Of a stretch of 64,000 nt of DNA, positions 7,809 to 17,092 are shown one piece after another. A program made the position numbers and the translations under genes. Origin of the DNA: a bacterium (GTDB lineage Bacteria; Patescibacteriota; Saccharimonadia; Saccharimonadales; SZUA-47); NCBI GenBank assembly GCA_030428125.1, contig JAUIBF010000001.1, positions 78,102-142,101 of the forward strand. Reading direction: 5' to 3'. Under the pieces are notes generated by a model that saw nothing but the letters and a program-made list of their open reading frames with translations, made no database searches and was not told where the DNA came from. Numbering within the stretch: position 1 is the stretch's first letter; every line of letters begins with the position of its first letter.

Positions 7809-9671
7809 ATGAATAAAAAACCAAGAGGGAAAAGGCCACAAGATAATAAGCGAGGCTATAAAACTTTAATTTTCGTAATTATCTTGATGTTCTTCGGGCT
7901 ATTTGCCATATCTAGCTATACAGGTGGTACAGAAGAACTAGAATCGGTTTCGTTTTCTGAAGTAATCCGACGGGCAAACGATGGAGAAATTAGTAAAATT
8001 GAAGTTGAAGGGGATGACTTGACGATTACCGAAGAAGGTAACGACGAGCCAACCCAGGAGTCGCGTAAAGAATCTGGCTCATCGATTTACGAACAAGGCC
8101 TAGAAAATCGAGACGTCGAAGTAGAAGTAGTAAAACCAGATAATTCTGGTGCTATTTGGCGCGATCTAGCAATAGGCTTGTTGCCAGTATTTATAATTGG
8201 TGGACTGCTGTTTTGGATGATGCGTAGCGCACAAGGCCAAGGTAATCAAGCAATGAGTTTCGGTCGTAGCAAAGCACGGCTTTACGGAAATGAAAAAGAA
8301 AAAGTCACTTTTAAAGACATCGCAGGTTCTAACGAAGCAAAAGAAGACTTAGAAGAAATTGTACAATTCCTAAAATTCCCGAAAAAATTTGAAGGCGTCG
8401 GCGCACGAATTCCAAAGGGTATGTTGCTAGTAGGCCCACCGGGAACAGGTAAAACCATGCTTGCTCGTGCAGTTGCAGGTGAAGCTAACGTGCCGTTCTT
8501 TAGTATCTCAGGTTCTGAGTTTGTTGAAATGTTTGTCGGGGTGGGTGCTTCACGTGTACGGGATCTATTCGCAAAAGCTAAGAAGAATTCCCCGTGCATT
8601 ATTTTCGTTGACGAAATTGACGCTGTTGGACGTCGCCGTGGTTCTGGTATGGGTGGAGGACATGATGAAAGAGAGCAAACTTTAAACCAAATTTTGGTTG
8701 AAATGGACGGATTTGAACAAGGTGTAAACGTAATTGTATTAGCTGCAACAAACCGTGCAGATGTGTTGGATCCTGCGTTACTCCGACCTGGCCGATTTGA
8801 CCGTAGGGTAAACATTACATTGCCTGACCGAAAAGATCGCGAAGCAATCCTGAAAGTCCACTACAAGAAAAAGCCATTAGAGAAAAACGTAGACCTAGAT
8901 GCGCTAGCTGCAAAGACGGCCGGCACAAGTGGAGCAGACCTTGCGAACATCGCAAACGAGTCTGCAATTGTCGCTGCTAAGCACAACCGTAAAACAATTA
9001 CCCAGACAGATGTAACTCAAGCCTTTGAAAAAGTGGCTATAGGGCCTGAGCGAAAAGGCAAAGTCATGAGCGAAAAAGAAAAAGAGCTCACAGCTTACCA
9101 TGAGGCGGGTCATGCGATTGTGGGACACGTGTTGCCGGACAGTGATGATGTGCATAAAGTTACTATTATTCCTCGCGGAGGAACAGGTGGAGTAACTTGG
9201 TTTATACCACCAGAGGATAAAAGCTATCACAGCATAGTAGAGTACAAAGACATTTTAGCCAGAATGCTAGGTGGGCGTATTGCAGAAGAAGTAATTTATG
9301 GCGCAGACCGTGTGACTACTGGTGCTGGAAACGATCTGCAAAAAGCCGCTGAGCTAGCTCGTGAAATGATAACTAATCAAGGCATGGGCAAGAAATTACG
9401 TAATCAGGTATTTCAAGTCGATGATGGCATGATTATGGATAAGATGATGCACGAGCGACAGTACTCTGACGAGACGGCCAAGATTATTGACGACGAAGTC
9501 GAAGCGCTTATCTCAGAAGCTGCAAAGCGCGCCCATGAAGTAATTGTTGCCAACAGAAAGAAATTAGAAGAGCTGAAAGACGAACTTCTAGAAAAAGAAA
9601 CTGTCGAAGATGCAGATGTTAAGAAAATCTTTGATGGAACAGTTTTACCTAAGTCGGCAACTCTTTACTAA
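7809..9671 (+). CDS. ftsH: ATP-dependent zinc metalloprotease FtsH
   Basis: Two N-terminal TM helices. Walker A GPPGTGKT, Walker [12 protein letters not shown] region, zinc site HEAGHA. Confidence 0.97.
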   Translation: MNKKPRGKRPQDNKRGYKTLIFVIILMFFGLFAISSYTGGTEELESVSFSEVIRRANDGEISKIEVEGDDLTITEEGNDEPTQESRKESGSSIYEQGLENRDVEVEVVKPDNSGAIWRDLAIGLLPVFIIGGLLFWMMRSAQGQGNQAMSFGRSKARLYGNEKEKVTFKDIAGSNEAKEDLEEIVQFLKFPKKFEGVGARIPKGMLLVGPPGTGKTMLARAVAGEANVPFFSISGSEFVEMFVGVGASRVRDLFAKAKKNSPCIIFVDEIDAVGRRRGSGMGGGHDEREQTLNQILVEMDGFEQGVNVIVLAATNRADVLDPALLRPGRFDRRVNITLPDRKDREAILKVHYKKKPLEKNVDLDALAAKTAGTSGADLANIANESAIVAAKHNRKTITQTDVTQAFEKVAIGPERKGKVMSEKEKELTAYHEAGHAIVGHVLPDSDDVHKVTIIPRGGTGGVTWFIPPEDKSYHSIVEYKDILARMLGGRIAEEVIYGADRVTTGAGNDLQKAAELAREMITNQGMGKKLRNQVFQVDDGMIMDKMMHERQYSDETAKIIDDEVEALISEAAKRAHEVIVANRKKLEELKDELLEKETVEDADVKKIFDGTVLPKSATLY

Positions 9672-9706
9672 TTGCATAATATATAAATCCCCATTACAGT
9701 AACAAT

Positions 9707-10333
9707 ATGTTACGTGTTGATATCCAGGCTGATGAAATACAGAGACAAGTTTGCGACACGACCCTCGAAGCCTTAAGTTCCAGACGTGCTTTTTTTGAAA
9801 CTAGAATTGAAGAGATCCCAACTGCAGAATTGGCCGAGGAGGCAATGAGACGAAGGGCCAGATGGCTAGCTAGGCCAATACGAGACTGGCATAGAGTGAA
9901 CAGAGCAACATTTTTTCCAGAGGGTCATAAGGACTCAATCTCGCAAAGGATATTATCTGCAGACAGATACGTACCAAGGCTTTCCATGGTTTCCGGACAC
10001 ATTGCTGCCGGATTAAGGAAAGCCGGAGAAGAGTTCGGGGAAGGCGCGGAATCACTAGCTGAGTATGATGTGTCAAGACTGGGGGTGAATTACATGAAGG
10101 GGCTAAGAGATGACCCAGCAGTAATTCCAAAGCATTTAGACGTAGCTGAAGAAAGAGGGGCAGTTGTAGTTCTTCCACTGCAGCATTCAGTAGGGACTTG
10201 GATTTGCGGAAGCAATATTCAAGTAATATTTGGGTCTGGACTCTGCAGAAACCTGCAAATGTTTCAACACGAACACGGTGTCGAATCTTCTCATCTGCGA
10301 GTCAGTGCAACAATTGCTGATTTGAGGGTGTAG
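9707..10333 (+). CDS. Lys-poor orphan protein (ORF-A), unknown function
   Basis: 208-aa ORF in an AT-rich genome. Arg/Glu/Ala-rich with only 4 Lys. No SD and no recognisable motif. GC visibly higher than in the neighbours. Confidence 0.45.
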   Translation: MLRVDIQADEIQRQVCDTTLEALSSRRAFFETRIEEIPTAELAEEAMRRRARWLARPIRDWHRVNRATFFPEGHKDSISQRILSADRYVPRLSMVSGHIAAGLRKAGEEFGEGAESLAEYDVSRLGVNYMKGLRDDPAVIPKHLDVAEERGAVVVLPLQHSVGTWICGSNIQVIFGSGLCRNLQMFQHEHGVESSHLRVSATIADLRV

Positions 10334-10388
10334 TTTTATGTAGTTTTTGGTTCTTTTTACGCTTAAAAAGGACTATACTATAAGGTGC

Positions 10389-11969
10389 ATGAAAACCTCT
10401 GCTCGTATTGCCAAAAAAATATCCTTACCAGGTGCCGCAACATTGTTAGTAGTAACCATGTTGTTCGCACAATTACTTGGTTTTGTACGAACCATGTTAG
10501 TCAATGGTAATTTCCCACTAATCGGTGACGAGAGTACAGACGCATATTTCGCAGCATTTAAAATTCCTGACTTCTTTTTCTATGTATTGGCTGCAGGAGT
10601 CCTGAGTGTCGTACTGATACCGATATTGAGTGAACACATGACTCGTCATGACCGCAAAGGAACTTGGGAACTTTCAAATAGCATCATGAACCTATTAGCA
10701 CTCTTGATGTTTGTTGTTGGAATATTAATTTTCGTATTTGCTGAAAATTTGATGCATCTAGTTGCACCGAACTTGACCCCAGAACAGTTAAGTAATGGTA
10801 CGTCTATCCTGCGCTTAATTTCTTTTAATCCTCTATTTTTTACACTTTCAGGAATTCTTACCTCAACACAGCAAGTATTTGGTAGGTTTTTCTTCTTTGC
10901 AATTACCCCAGTTATTTACAACCTAGCAATCATTGCATCAATATTCATATTTAAAGATTCATTGGGCTTAGTCGGGCTAGGAGTAGGTGCTTTGATAGGT
11001 GGTGTTTTGCAGTTTCTGACCGCGTTACTGGGCACGAAAGGACTCTCGTTCTTTTGGCGGCCTAGGATTTCTTTTAATAGAGATTTCTTCAGAATCATTA
11101 GGCAATTGCCGGCAAGATCCATAGACCAAGGAATAGACTCAGTAAACTCAATTGTAGAAACAAATAGAGCGCGAGCACTGGGTGAGGGTTTCGTTTCAGC
11201 ATACGAGAATGCTTTCACTCTTCACACTGCACCGATACTTTTGCTAGGCTCGTCAATATCAACAGCTGCGTTTCCTCGTTTAAGCGAACGACTTGCTCAG
11301 GGTAGACCGGATTTATTTCGCAAAGACTTCAGGAAAGTACTGCAAGTTTTGATGTGGCTAGCTTTGCCAACAATTGTCCTAGTTTATTTCTGTAGAGGAT
11401 ATTTGGCACGCTTGATTTTCAAAAGGGGCTCTCCAGAAATCGCCCTGATATTAGGGTTTCTGGCAATAGCAATATTTTTCAGAATTGTATATACCCTACT
11501 GTCACGTTACTTTTACGCCCACAAAGACACTATGACACCACTTATTATTTCCGTATTTGCAATAGCGCTAAACATAATATTGGTATTTGCGCTTGCACGG
11601 CCCGAAGCATATGGCGCAGCAGGCCTAGCTATAGCCCAATCAATTGTCTCTGCCACAGAAGTATTGGTGATCGGAATCGTTATATCAATGCGTGATCCAA
11701 AGCTGTTCAATCTAGAATTCCTAAAACGATCAGTCAGATTAGTTTCAGTTACAGGCTTTACAATTGTCGCAGCGTTCATAATGATAAGCATTCTTCCTCT
11801 TAACCTGGACGATACCGGATTCTTCTTGCTTGGTGGTAAGTTGGCTGCAATAGCAGCCGTAACCTTCGGTACTCACATAGTAGTATCTGCACTATATGGT
11901 TTTGACGAAGCACTTAGTGTGTTGAGAAAAGCTAAAAATCTTATCTACAGACCACTAAAATTAAACTAA
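10389..11969 (+). CDS. murJ: Lipid II flippase MurJ/MviN
   Basis: Polytopic membrane protein. N-terminal LLGFVRTMLV and AFKIPDFFFYVLAAGVLSVVLIP blocks are typical of MurJ. ATG at 10389 (MKTSARIAKK) is preferred over the TTG at 10347. Confidence 0.85.
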   Translation: MKTSARIAKKISLPGAATLLVVTMLFAQLLGFVRTMLVNGNFPLIGDESTDAYFAAFKIPDFFFYVLAAGVLSVVLIPILSEHMTRHDRKGTWELSNSIMNLLALLMFVVGILIFVFAENLMHLVAPNLTPEQLSNGTSILRLISFNPLFFTLSGILTSTQQVFGRFFFFAITPVIYNLAIIASIFIFKDSLGLVGLGVGALIGGVLQFLTALLGTKGLSFFWRPRISFNRDFFRIIRQLPARSIDQGIDSVNSIVETNRARALGEGFVSAYENAFTLHTAPILLLGSSISTAAFPRLSERLAQGRPDLFRKDFRKVLQVLMWLALPTIVLVYFCRGYLARLIFKRGSPEIALILGFLAIAIFFRIVYTLLSRYFYAHKDTMTPLIISVFAIALNIILVFALARPEAYGAAGLAIAQSIVSATEVLVIGIVISMRDPKLFNLEFLKRSVRLVSVTGFTIVAAFIMISILPLNLDDTGFFLLGGKLAAIAAVTFGTHIVVSALYGFDEALSVLRKAKNLIYRPLKLN

Positions 11970-12012
11970 CTACCCCTGTAAATATTAAGTATAAAATGCT
12001 ATAATTTTTCTA

Positions 12013-13791
12013 ATGAGTCAAGATAAAATTAGAAATTTTTGTATTATCGCGCATATAGATCACGGTAAAAGCACGCTTGCTGATAGGTTGTTAGAAATTA
12101 CCGAGACTGTCGATAAACGAGAGATGAAAGCCCAGCTCTTAGACAAGATGGACTTAGAGCGTGAGCGTGGTATAACAATAAAACTGGCTCCTGTTCGGAT
12201 GAGCTACAAAGGTTATCAGCTAAACTTAATTGATACACCTGGGCACGTTGATTTTAGCTACGAAGTCTCTAGAAGCTTGCAAGCTTGCGAAGGAGCAATA
12301 TTAGTTGTTGATGCATCTCAGGGTATTCAGGCACAAACTTTAGCAAATGTTTACCTGGCTATGGAAGCGAACTTAAAAATTATTCCAGTTTTAAATAAAA
12401 TTGATCTACCAGCAGCGGATGTGCCAAGAGTTACGAACGAAATAGTTAATCTCCTCGGCTGTGATGAAAGCGAAGTCCTAGCAATCAGCGCCAAAACAGG
12501 TCAGGGAGTCGAAGACTTGCTCGATAAGGTTCTAGAAGAAGTCCAAAGTCCGGCCGGCGAAAGCTCTGAAGATACGCGTGCATTAATATTTGATAGTTTT
12601 TACGATGAGTACCGTGGGGTTATTCTCTACGTTCGTGTAATTGACGGAAGCATAAAGAAAGGCGCAGAAATTAAGATGATGGCTACTGAAGCCGGAGGCG
12701 ACGCTCTGGAAGTTGGAGCGTTATCGCCGGGCATGAAGCCTTTCCAAGAACTTTCCACTGGCGAAATTGGTTATGTAGTAACAAACTTTCACGATACATC
12801 AGAAGCTAGAGTGGGCGACACGGTCTCCATCAAGAAGCAAAACCCTACGCCACTTGCTGGCTACAAAGAAGTGCGACCATTTGTATATGCAGGTTTTTTC
12901 CCTAGTAGTAACGAATTCTATCCTCAACTTAAAGATGCGATGGATAAACTTAAGCTTAGCGACTCGGCGCTAGACTACAAGCCAGAAAATTCTCCTGTTC
13001 TTGGGCATGGGTTTAGAATAGGTTTTCTAGGACTTCTTCATTTAGACATCGTCCGCGAGCGCATCGAACGAGAATTTGATATAGACCTAATCGTTACCAA
13101 TCCATCGACTGATTACAAGCTAGTGCTTAACGATATGACGGAGCTAGATATAACTAGCGCTAGTCAGGTGCCACCATCAAGCGAAATTTTAGAAATCAGT
13201 GAGCCTTGGATTAACGGTGAAATTGTAGTTCCTAAAGAGTATGTTGGTGCTGTGATTCAGCTGGTTACCTCAGCACGAGGAATGCAGAAAAACATTAGCT
13301 ATGTCGACGATCAGTTAGCATTGATTAAATTTGAAGCGCCACTTGCCAACCTACTGACAGATTTTTACGATAAACTTAAAAGCCAAACTTCAGGATACGG
13401 TAGTTTTAATTATGAACTCGACGATTATAGAGCAGGAGACCTAGTCAGATTGGACTTCTATGTTGCTGGGGACATCGTTGAAGCGCTAAGTGTTATGTGT
13501 CATAGGTCTGAATCACTAAGCCTAGGACGTCAAACAGTGGAAAAGTTGAAAGATATTATTCCTCGTCAGAACTTTAAAGTTGCTCTTCAAGCTGCAATCG
13601 GTGGTAAATTCATTGCTCGTGAAGATTTAAGCGCCTTCAGAAAAGATGTAACCAGTGGGCTATATGGTGGAGACGTGTCTAGAAAAAAGAAAGTTTTAGC
13701 AAAACAAAAGCGTGGTAAAGAAAGATTGAAACGATTTGGTAAAGTTGATTTGCCGGCTGAAGCATTTACTGTTTTGCTAAAAAGAGATTAA
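12013..13791 (+). CDS. lepA: Elongation factor 4 (LepA)
   Basis: GTPase motifs AHIDHGKST, DTPGHVDF, NKIDL. Conserved LepA C-terminal region. TATAAT at 12000-12005, only 7 nt before the ATG. Confidence 0.97.
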   Translation: MSQDKIRNFCIIAHIDHGKSTLADRLLEITETVDKREMKAQLLDKMDLERERGITIKLAPVRMSYKGYQLNLIDTPGHVDFSYEVSRSLQACEGAILVVDASQGIQAQTLANVYLAMEANLKIIPVLNKIDLPAADVPRVTNEIVNLLGCDESEVLAISAKTGQGVEDLLDKVLEEVQSPAGESSEDTRALIFDSFYDEYRGVILYVRVIDGSIKKGAEIKMMATEAGGDALEVGALSPGMKPFQELSTGEIGYVVTNFHDTSEARVGDTVSIKKQNPTPLAGYKEVRPFVYAGFFPSSNEFYPQLKDAMDKLKLSDSALDYKPENSPVLGHGFRIGFLGLLHLDIVRERIEREFDIDLIVTNPSTDYKLVLNDMTELDITSASQVPPSSEILEISEPWINGEIVVPKEYVGAVIQLVTSARGMQKNISYVDDQLALIKFEAPLANLLTDFYDKLKSQTSGYGSFNYELDDYRAGDLVRLDFYVAGDIVEALSVMCHRSESLSLGRQTVEKLKDIIPRQNFKVALQAAIGGKFIAREDLSAFRKDVTSGLYGGDVSRKKKVLAKQKRGKERLKRFGKVDLPAEAFTVLLKRD

Positions 13792-13800
13792 ATTATAAGT

Positions 13801-14046
13801 ATGAAAAAGAAACAAAACATCATTCAACGAGAAGAAGAATCGGTTAAAAAATTCAGAGACACTTATGCGAATAAATACCCGTGGCTATTCGCAGTAGCTG
13901 GCGCTTTCGGTATAGTTTCTACTTTTTACGGATTCGAGAAAATAATAGACAGGATTGATTTGTTCGCTGACAATCCATGGATTTTATTAGCCACAGGGCT
14001 AATAATCTTGGTAGTTACGGGTTCATTTTACAATAAGCTCCGATAG
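13801..14046 (+). CDS. Small two-TM membrane protein, unknown
   Basis: 81 aa. Basic N-terminus and two hydrophobic helices (WLFAVAGAFGIVSTFYGF; WILLATGLIILVVTGSF). Confidence 0.5.
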   Translation: MKKKQNIIQREEESVKKFRDTYANKYPWLFAVAGAFGIVSTFYGFEKIIDRIDLFADNPWILLATGLIILVVTGSFYNKLR

Positions 14047-14074
14047 GCTAACTGTTACAATAGACTTAAGGCAG

Positions 14075-14764
14075 ATGGAAAAAAAAGATTTTATAATTTG
14101 GGCTAGCAAGCTCCAGGCAGATTATCGACCTTCAGACGAAGTACTACAAAAAATATCCAAAGTCGATTTATTGGCGATAGTAGGACCTACAGGTGTAGGA
14201 AAAAGCACCTTAATTGAAAATCTGGAAATCGCAAAGGTTCTGAGTGATGTTTCTAGAGATAAGAGGCCGGGGGAAAAAGACGACAAGGATTATCATTTTC
14301 GCAAAGATTACCTAAGAATAATAGAGGAAATAAAAAAAGGAAATTATGTCCAGTTTTTGGTTAGTAGCAGTGGAGAATTTTATGGTACTCACATTTCCGC
14401 ATACCCAGATGAAGGACTTTGTACTATGGCAATCTATGCACATGCCATTCCCCTATTCACCAAGGTAGGGTTTAGAAGTGTAAAGCAGGCGTATATTATG
14501 CCCCCAAGTTACATTGAGTGGATGCACAGGATTGGTGGAGTGCGTACTAAAGATTTACTAATGCGTATCGGCGAGGCAAAGAATTCTGTCGAACAAGCTC
14601 TAGCAGATGAATCATATTCGTTCATACTTAACGACAGTTTGGATTACGCGCTAAGAGATATTCAGTCGGTGATTAATGGCGAGCCGGTCGACAATCACAG
14701 AGAAATGCTAGCAAGAGGCACAGCTGACCTGTTGTTGGAAAGAATCGGCGGCGAAGAAGTTTAG
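14075..14764 (+). CDS. Guanylate-kinase-like P-loop protein (divergent)
   Basis: P-loop IVGPTGVGKSTLIENL followed by SRDKRPGEKDDKDYHF, which resembles the guanylate kinase TTRxxRxGExxGxdYxF block. Confidence 0.55.
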   Translation: MEKKDFIIWASKLQADYRPSDEVLQKISKVDLLAIVGPTGVGKSTLIENLEIAKVLSDVSRDKRPGEKDDKDYHFRKDYLRIIEEIKKGNYVQFLVSSSGEFYGTHISAYPDEGLCTMAIYAHAIPLFTKVGFRSVKQAYIMPPSYIEWMHRIGGVRTKDLLMRIGEAKNSVEQALADESYSFILNDSLDYALRDIQSVINGEPVDNHREMLARGTADLLLERIGGEEV

Positions 14765-14888
14765 TATTTATATACGAGACAAACCGAACTATATATCTCT
14801 AGTTCTAGAATACAGACTGCTAAACCAGCAGAAAACCGTAAGTTAGCTGAAGAATTGCTAGTCAAGGCTACAATTATTTAAAGTGAAA

Positions 14889-14926
14889 CTAGCAATCTTG
14901 CACGTCGAGTGCTAAAACGCTATAAT
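14889..14926 (+). promoter_or_regulatory. CIRCE operator overlapping the hrcA promoter
   Basis: CTAGCAATC-N9-GAGTGCTAA (14889-14915) versus consensus TTAGCACTC-N9-GAGTGCTAA. TTGCAC (14898-14903), 17 nt, TATAAT (14921-14926). ATG is 10 nt later. Confidence 0.8.
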
Positions 14927-14936
14927 TCTAAGCATT

Positions 14937-15638
14937 ATGACCGAACGTCAAGAAAAGATTTTGCGTGCTATCGTAGAGGAATATGCAGAAGTAGCTAGTC
15001 CAGTTGGTTCGCAATTGCTTGCTAAAATTTTCAATGTTTCAAGCGCTACAATTCGATCAGAAATGGCTGAGCTAGAGCGACAAGGTTACATTAAGCAGCC
15101 TCATACATCTGCAGGAAGAATTCCAAGCGATAAGGGGTATAGGTTTTACGTTAACCAGGCAGCAGAAGAAGAATCCGAAGCTCCAGCTAGTGCTGAACGT
15201 GCTTTAACTGCACGAATTGGTGAAGGTAGTGTTCCTGAAAGAGCTATTAAGAACACAGTAGATACTCTCGTCGAGTTGACTCAAAATCTCGGCGTAGCTA
15301 CCATTGGAAATCAGCTTTATATGTCTGGACTTTCTAATCTGTTTGGACAGCCAGAATTTATGAACTCTCAGCAGGTAAAAGAAGTAGCACAGCTTCTAGA
15401 CAATTTAGAACCATGGCTTCGTGAGGCAGCACCAAACAAACCATTAAGTGTCTACATTGGTAAAGAAAATCCAATCGGTAGAAACAGCGGTTGTTCGTTG
15501 ATAATCAGTAAATTCCGTAGTCCGTACTCAGATAAAAGTTTCATAGGTGTATTGGGGCCGACTCGTCAGAGTTACCGTGAAGTAATGGGCCTTGTAGAAA
15601 ACGCCGGACAAATGTTGGAGCGAGCACTTTATGCCTAG
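14937..15638 (+). CDS. hrcA: Heat-inducible transcription repressor HrcA (short form)
   Basis: N-terminal wHTH ERQEKILRAIVEEYAEVASPVGSQLLA...SSATIRSEMAELERQGYI..PHTSAGRIPSDKGYRFYV. C-terminal GVLGPTRQSYREVMGLV block. 233 aa. Confidence 0.9.
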   Translation: MTERQEKILRAIVEEYAEVASPVGSQLLAKIFNVSSATIRSEMAELERQGYIKQPHTSAGRIPSDKGYRFYVNQAAEEESEAPASAERALTARIGEGSVPERAIKNTVDTLVELTQNLGVATIGNQLYMSGLSNLFGQPEFMNSQQVKEVAQLLDNLEPWLREAAPNKPLSVYIGKENPIGRNSGCSLIISKFRSPYSDKSFIGVLGPTRQSYREVMGLVENAGQMLERALYA

Positions 15639-15873
15639 CACCCCTAGAGATTTAAATGATCACTGGTTTGCTCATTTAGTTCATAGCGTGGATGCCGCTA
15701 CTGAACGTGCTGCAGGCGAGCCTGTAACATTTAGTCAGAGTGCAAGTCTGGGACGATTCATTACCCCTGATGTTATTGCAAATCCTGGAGAAGTTGTTGA
15801 GGCAAGAGATAAAATGCAGAGACACTTATCAGGAATTTTTGAAGTTATCAAAGGAGTAAAACGTGGCGAATAA
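15631..15873 (+). CDS. Lys-poor orphan protein (ORF-B) wedged between hrcA and grpE
   Basis: 80 aa. The start overlaps the hrcA stop by 8 nt and the stop overlaps the grpE GTG start by 11 nt. No known motif. Confidence 0.45.
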   Translation: MPSTPRDLNDHWFAHLVHSVDAATERAAGEPVTFSQSASLGRFITPDVIANPGEVVEARDKMQRHLSGIFEVIKGVKRGE

Positions 15874-16345
15874 GAAAAAAGAAGAAAAGATAGATTATCA
15901 GAAAGTCGCCGAAGAGTTAGCACAGGAAAATGCCAATTTAAACGACGCACTGCTTCGTGAACGTGCTGATGCAGAAAATGTTCGACGTCGTGCACAAGAC
16001 GAAAAAGTCAAAATGGCTGGCTATCACAAGGCGTCAGTGGTTAAAGAGTTACTTCCTGTAATTGACAACTTTGAACGGGCATTAAAAGCTACACCCAAAG
16101 ATTTAGAGGGTAATGACTACGTCAGAGGAATTGAAGGAATTGTTAAGCAGTTCGCACAAACATTAAACAAACTAGGCGTCGAGAGAATCAAAACCGTTGG
16201 CGAGCATTTCGATCCGGAACTTCACGAAGCTGTAACTATGGAAGAAGGTGAAGGTGAGCATGAAATCGTATCTGAAGAACTACAAAGCGGCTACAAACTA
16301 GGCGATGAAGTAATTCGTCACGCAATGGTTAGGGTTAAATCGTAA
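15863..16345 (+). CDS. grpE: Nucleotide exchange factor GrpE
   Basis: GTG start with AAGGAG SD at 15851-15856. Coiled-coil N-terminus (LRERADAENVRRR) and a C-terminal GrpE beta domain (FDPELHEAV...GYKLGDEVIRHAMV). Confidence 0.93.
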   Translation: MANKKKEEKIDYQKVAEELAQENANLNDALLRERADAENVRRRAQDEKVKMAGYHKASVVKELLPVIDNFERALKATPKDLEGNDYVRGIEGIVKQFAQTLNKLGVERIKTVGEHFDPELHEAVTMEEGEGEHEIVSEELQSGYKLGDEVIRHAMVRVKS

Positions 16346-16400
16346 CCATTTTTATTCGTAGTAATTTTAAGTTATGATTACACTCGAACAAGGAGAAAAT

Positions 16401-16694
16401 ATGGGACAGTACAGAGCCAATGGAGAAAATGAGATCGGCGAACTTTTTACACTAGAAGGAGATGCACTCGCAAGAGCAGGACTCTCCGAACCTGACTTAA
16501 CTCACGCTCCAGAAGAGTATCCAGGAAGGCAACCTGATTCATCGGCAGTAGCTACAACTCTTGGTAACGAATGGGACGCGTCGGGCAATGCACTTATGTA
16601 CACCGAAAGTAATGCACGAGCAGTGCAGGAGTGGAGAAGATTAGAGAACGAAGGAGTCTTGTCTACAGGTGGAATTTTCAGAGCAATTGAGTAA
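16401..16694 (+). CDS. Lys-free acidic orphan protein (ORF-C)
   Basis: ATG at 16401 preceded by AAGGAG (16390-16395). 97 aa with no lysine. Coupled to the next ORF (TAATG). Confidence 0.55.
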   Translation: MGQYRANGENEIGELFTLEGDALARAGLSEPDLTHAPEEYPGRQPDSSAVATTLGNEWDASGNALMYTESNARAVQEWRRLENEGVLSTGGIFRAIE

Positions 16695-16981
16695 TGGCAC
16701 ACTATGAGCCGGTGGGTGAGTATACACATCCAACATATGTAGGCATCGCGCGATGTAAGCATGATCAATTATTAACATCAGAAGCTGATAGAAACAGTAC
16801 GTTTGCTATAGATTTGCACGTTGCAAGAGAAAGAGTCCAAGCATCAGGTCCGGTTGTTGTCGATATTGCTATTCAGGGGTTTAAAGACGGTGGAGAAATT
16901 AGCATCTCTGTGCAGCAAAGTTTAGAGCACTGTCTTGGAATAATAGCCTCAGGTGGGTGTCCCAGCTACCCAACAACTTAA
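16694..16981 (+). CDS. Lys-poor orphan protein (ORF-D)
   Basis: 95 aa. The start overlaps the ORF-C stop. 2 Lys. No known motif. Confidence 0.5.
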   Translation: MAHYEPVGEYTHPTYVGIARCKHDQLLTSEADRNSTFAIDLHVARERVQASGPVVVDIAIQGFKDGGEISISVQQSLEHCLGIIASGGCPSYPTT

Positions 16982-16984
16982 GAA

Positions 16985-17057
16985 TTAGCACTCATAGGTC
17001 TTGACTGCTAATTTTTGATTTGCTACACTTTTAGCAGAAGCACACATAGAGTGCTAA
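16985..17057 (+). promoter_or_regulatory. Two tandem CIRCE operators bracketing the dnaK promoter
   Basis: TTAGCACTC-N9-GACTGCTAA (16985-17011) and TTAGCAGAA-N9-GAGTGCTAA (17031-17057). TTGACT (17001-17006), 17 nt, TACACT (17024-17029) lies between and overlaps them. Confidence 0.85.
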
Positions 17058-17092
17058 TTATTAGTAAGAATTTTATAAAAGGGGAAAATTCC

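Noticed and set aside
15631-15873. Idea that ORF-B is the frameshifted C-terminus of a full-length HrcA (pseudogene)
   Set aside because: The 233-aa HrcA already ends with the conserved C-terminal GVLGPTR..Y...GLV block. ORF-B shows no HrcA-like sequence.
17015-17092. N-terminal extensions implied by ORF-track starts (dnaK 17015, murJ 10347, ORF-F 19568, VKOR 19881, pilB 37567, HD gene 6865, P2 51290)
   Set aside because: The extensions begin at TTG/ATG codons located inside operators, terminators or neighbouring genes. Downstream starts match the conserved protein N-termini and SD or -10 signals.
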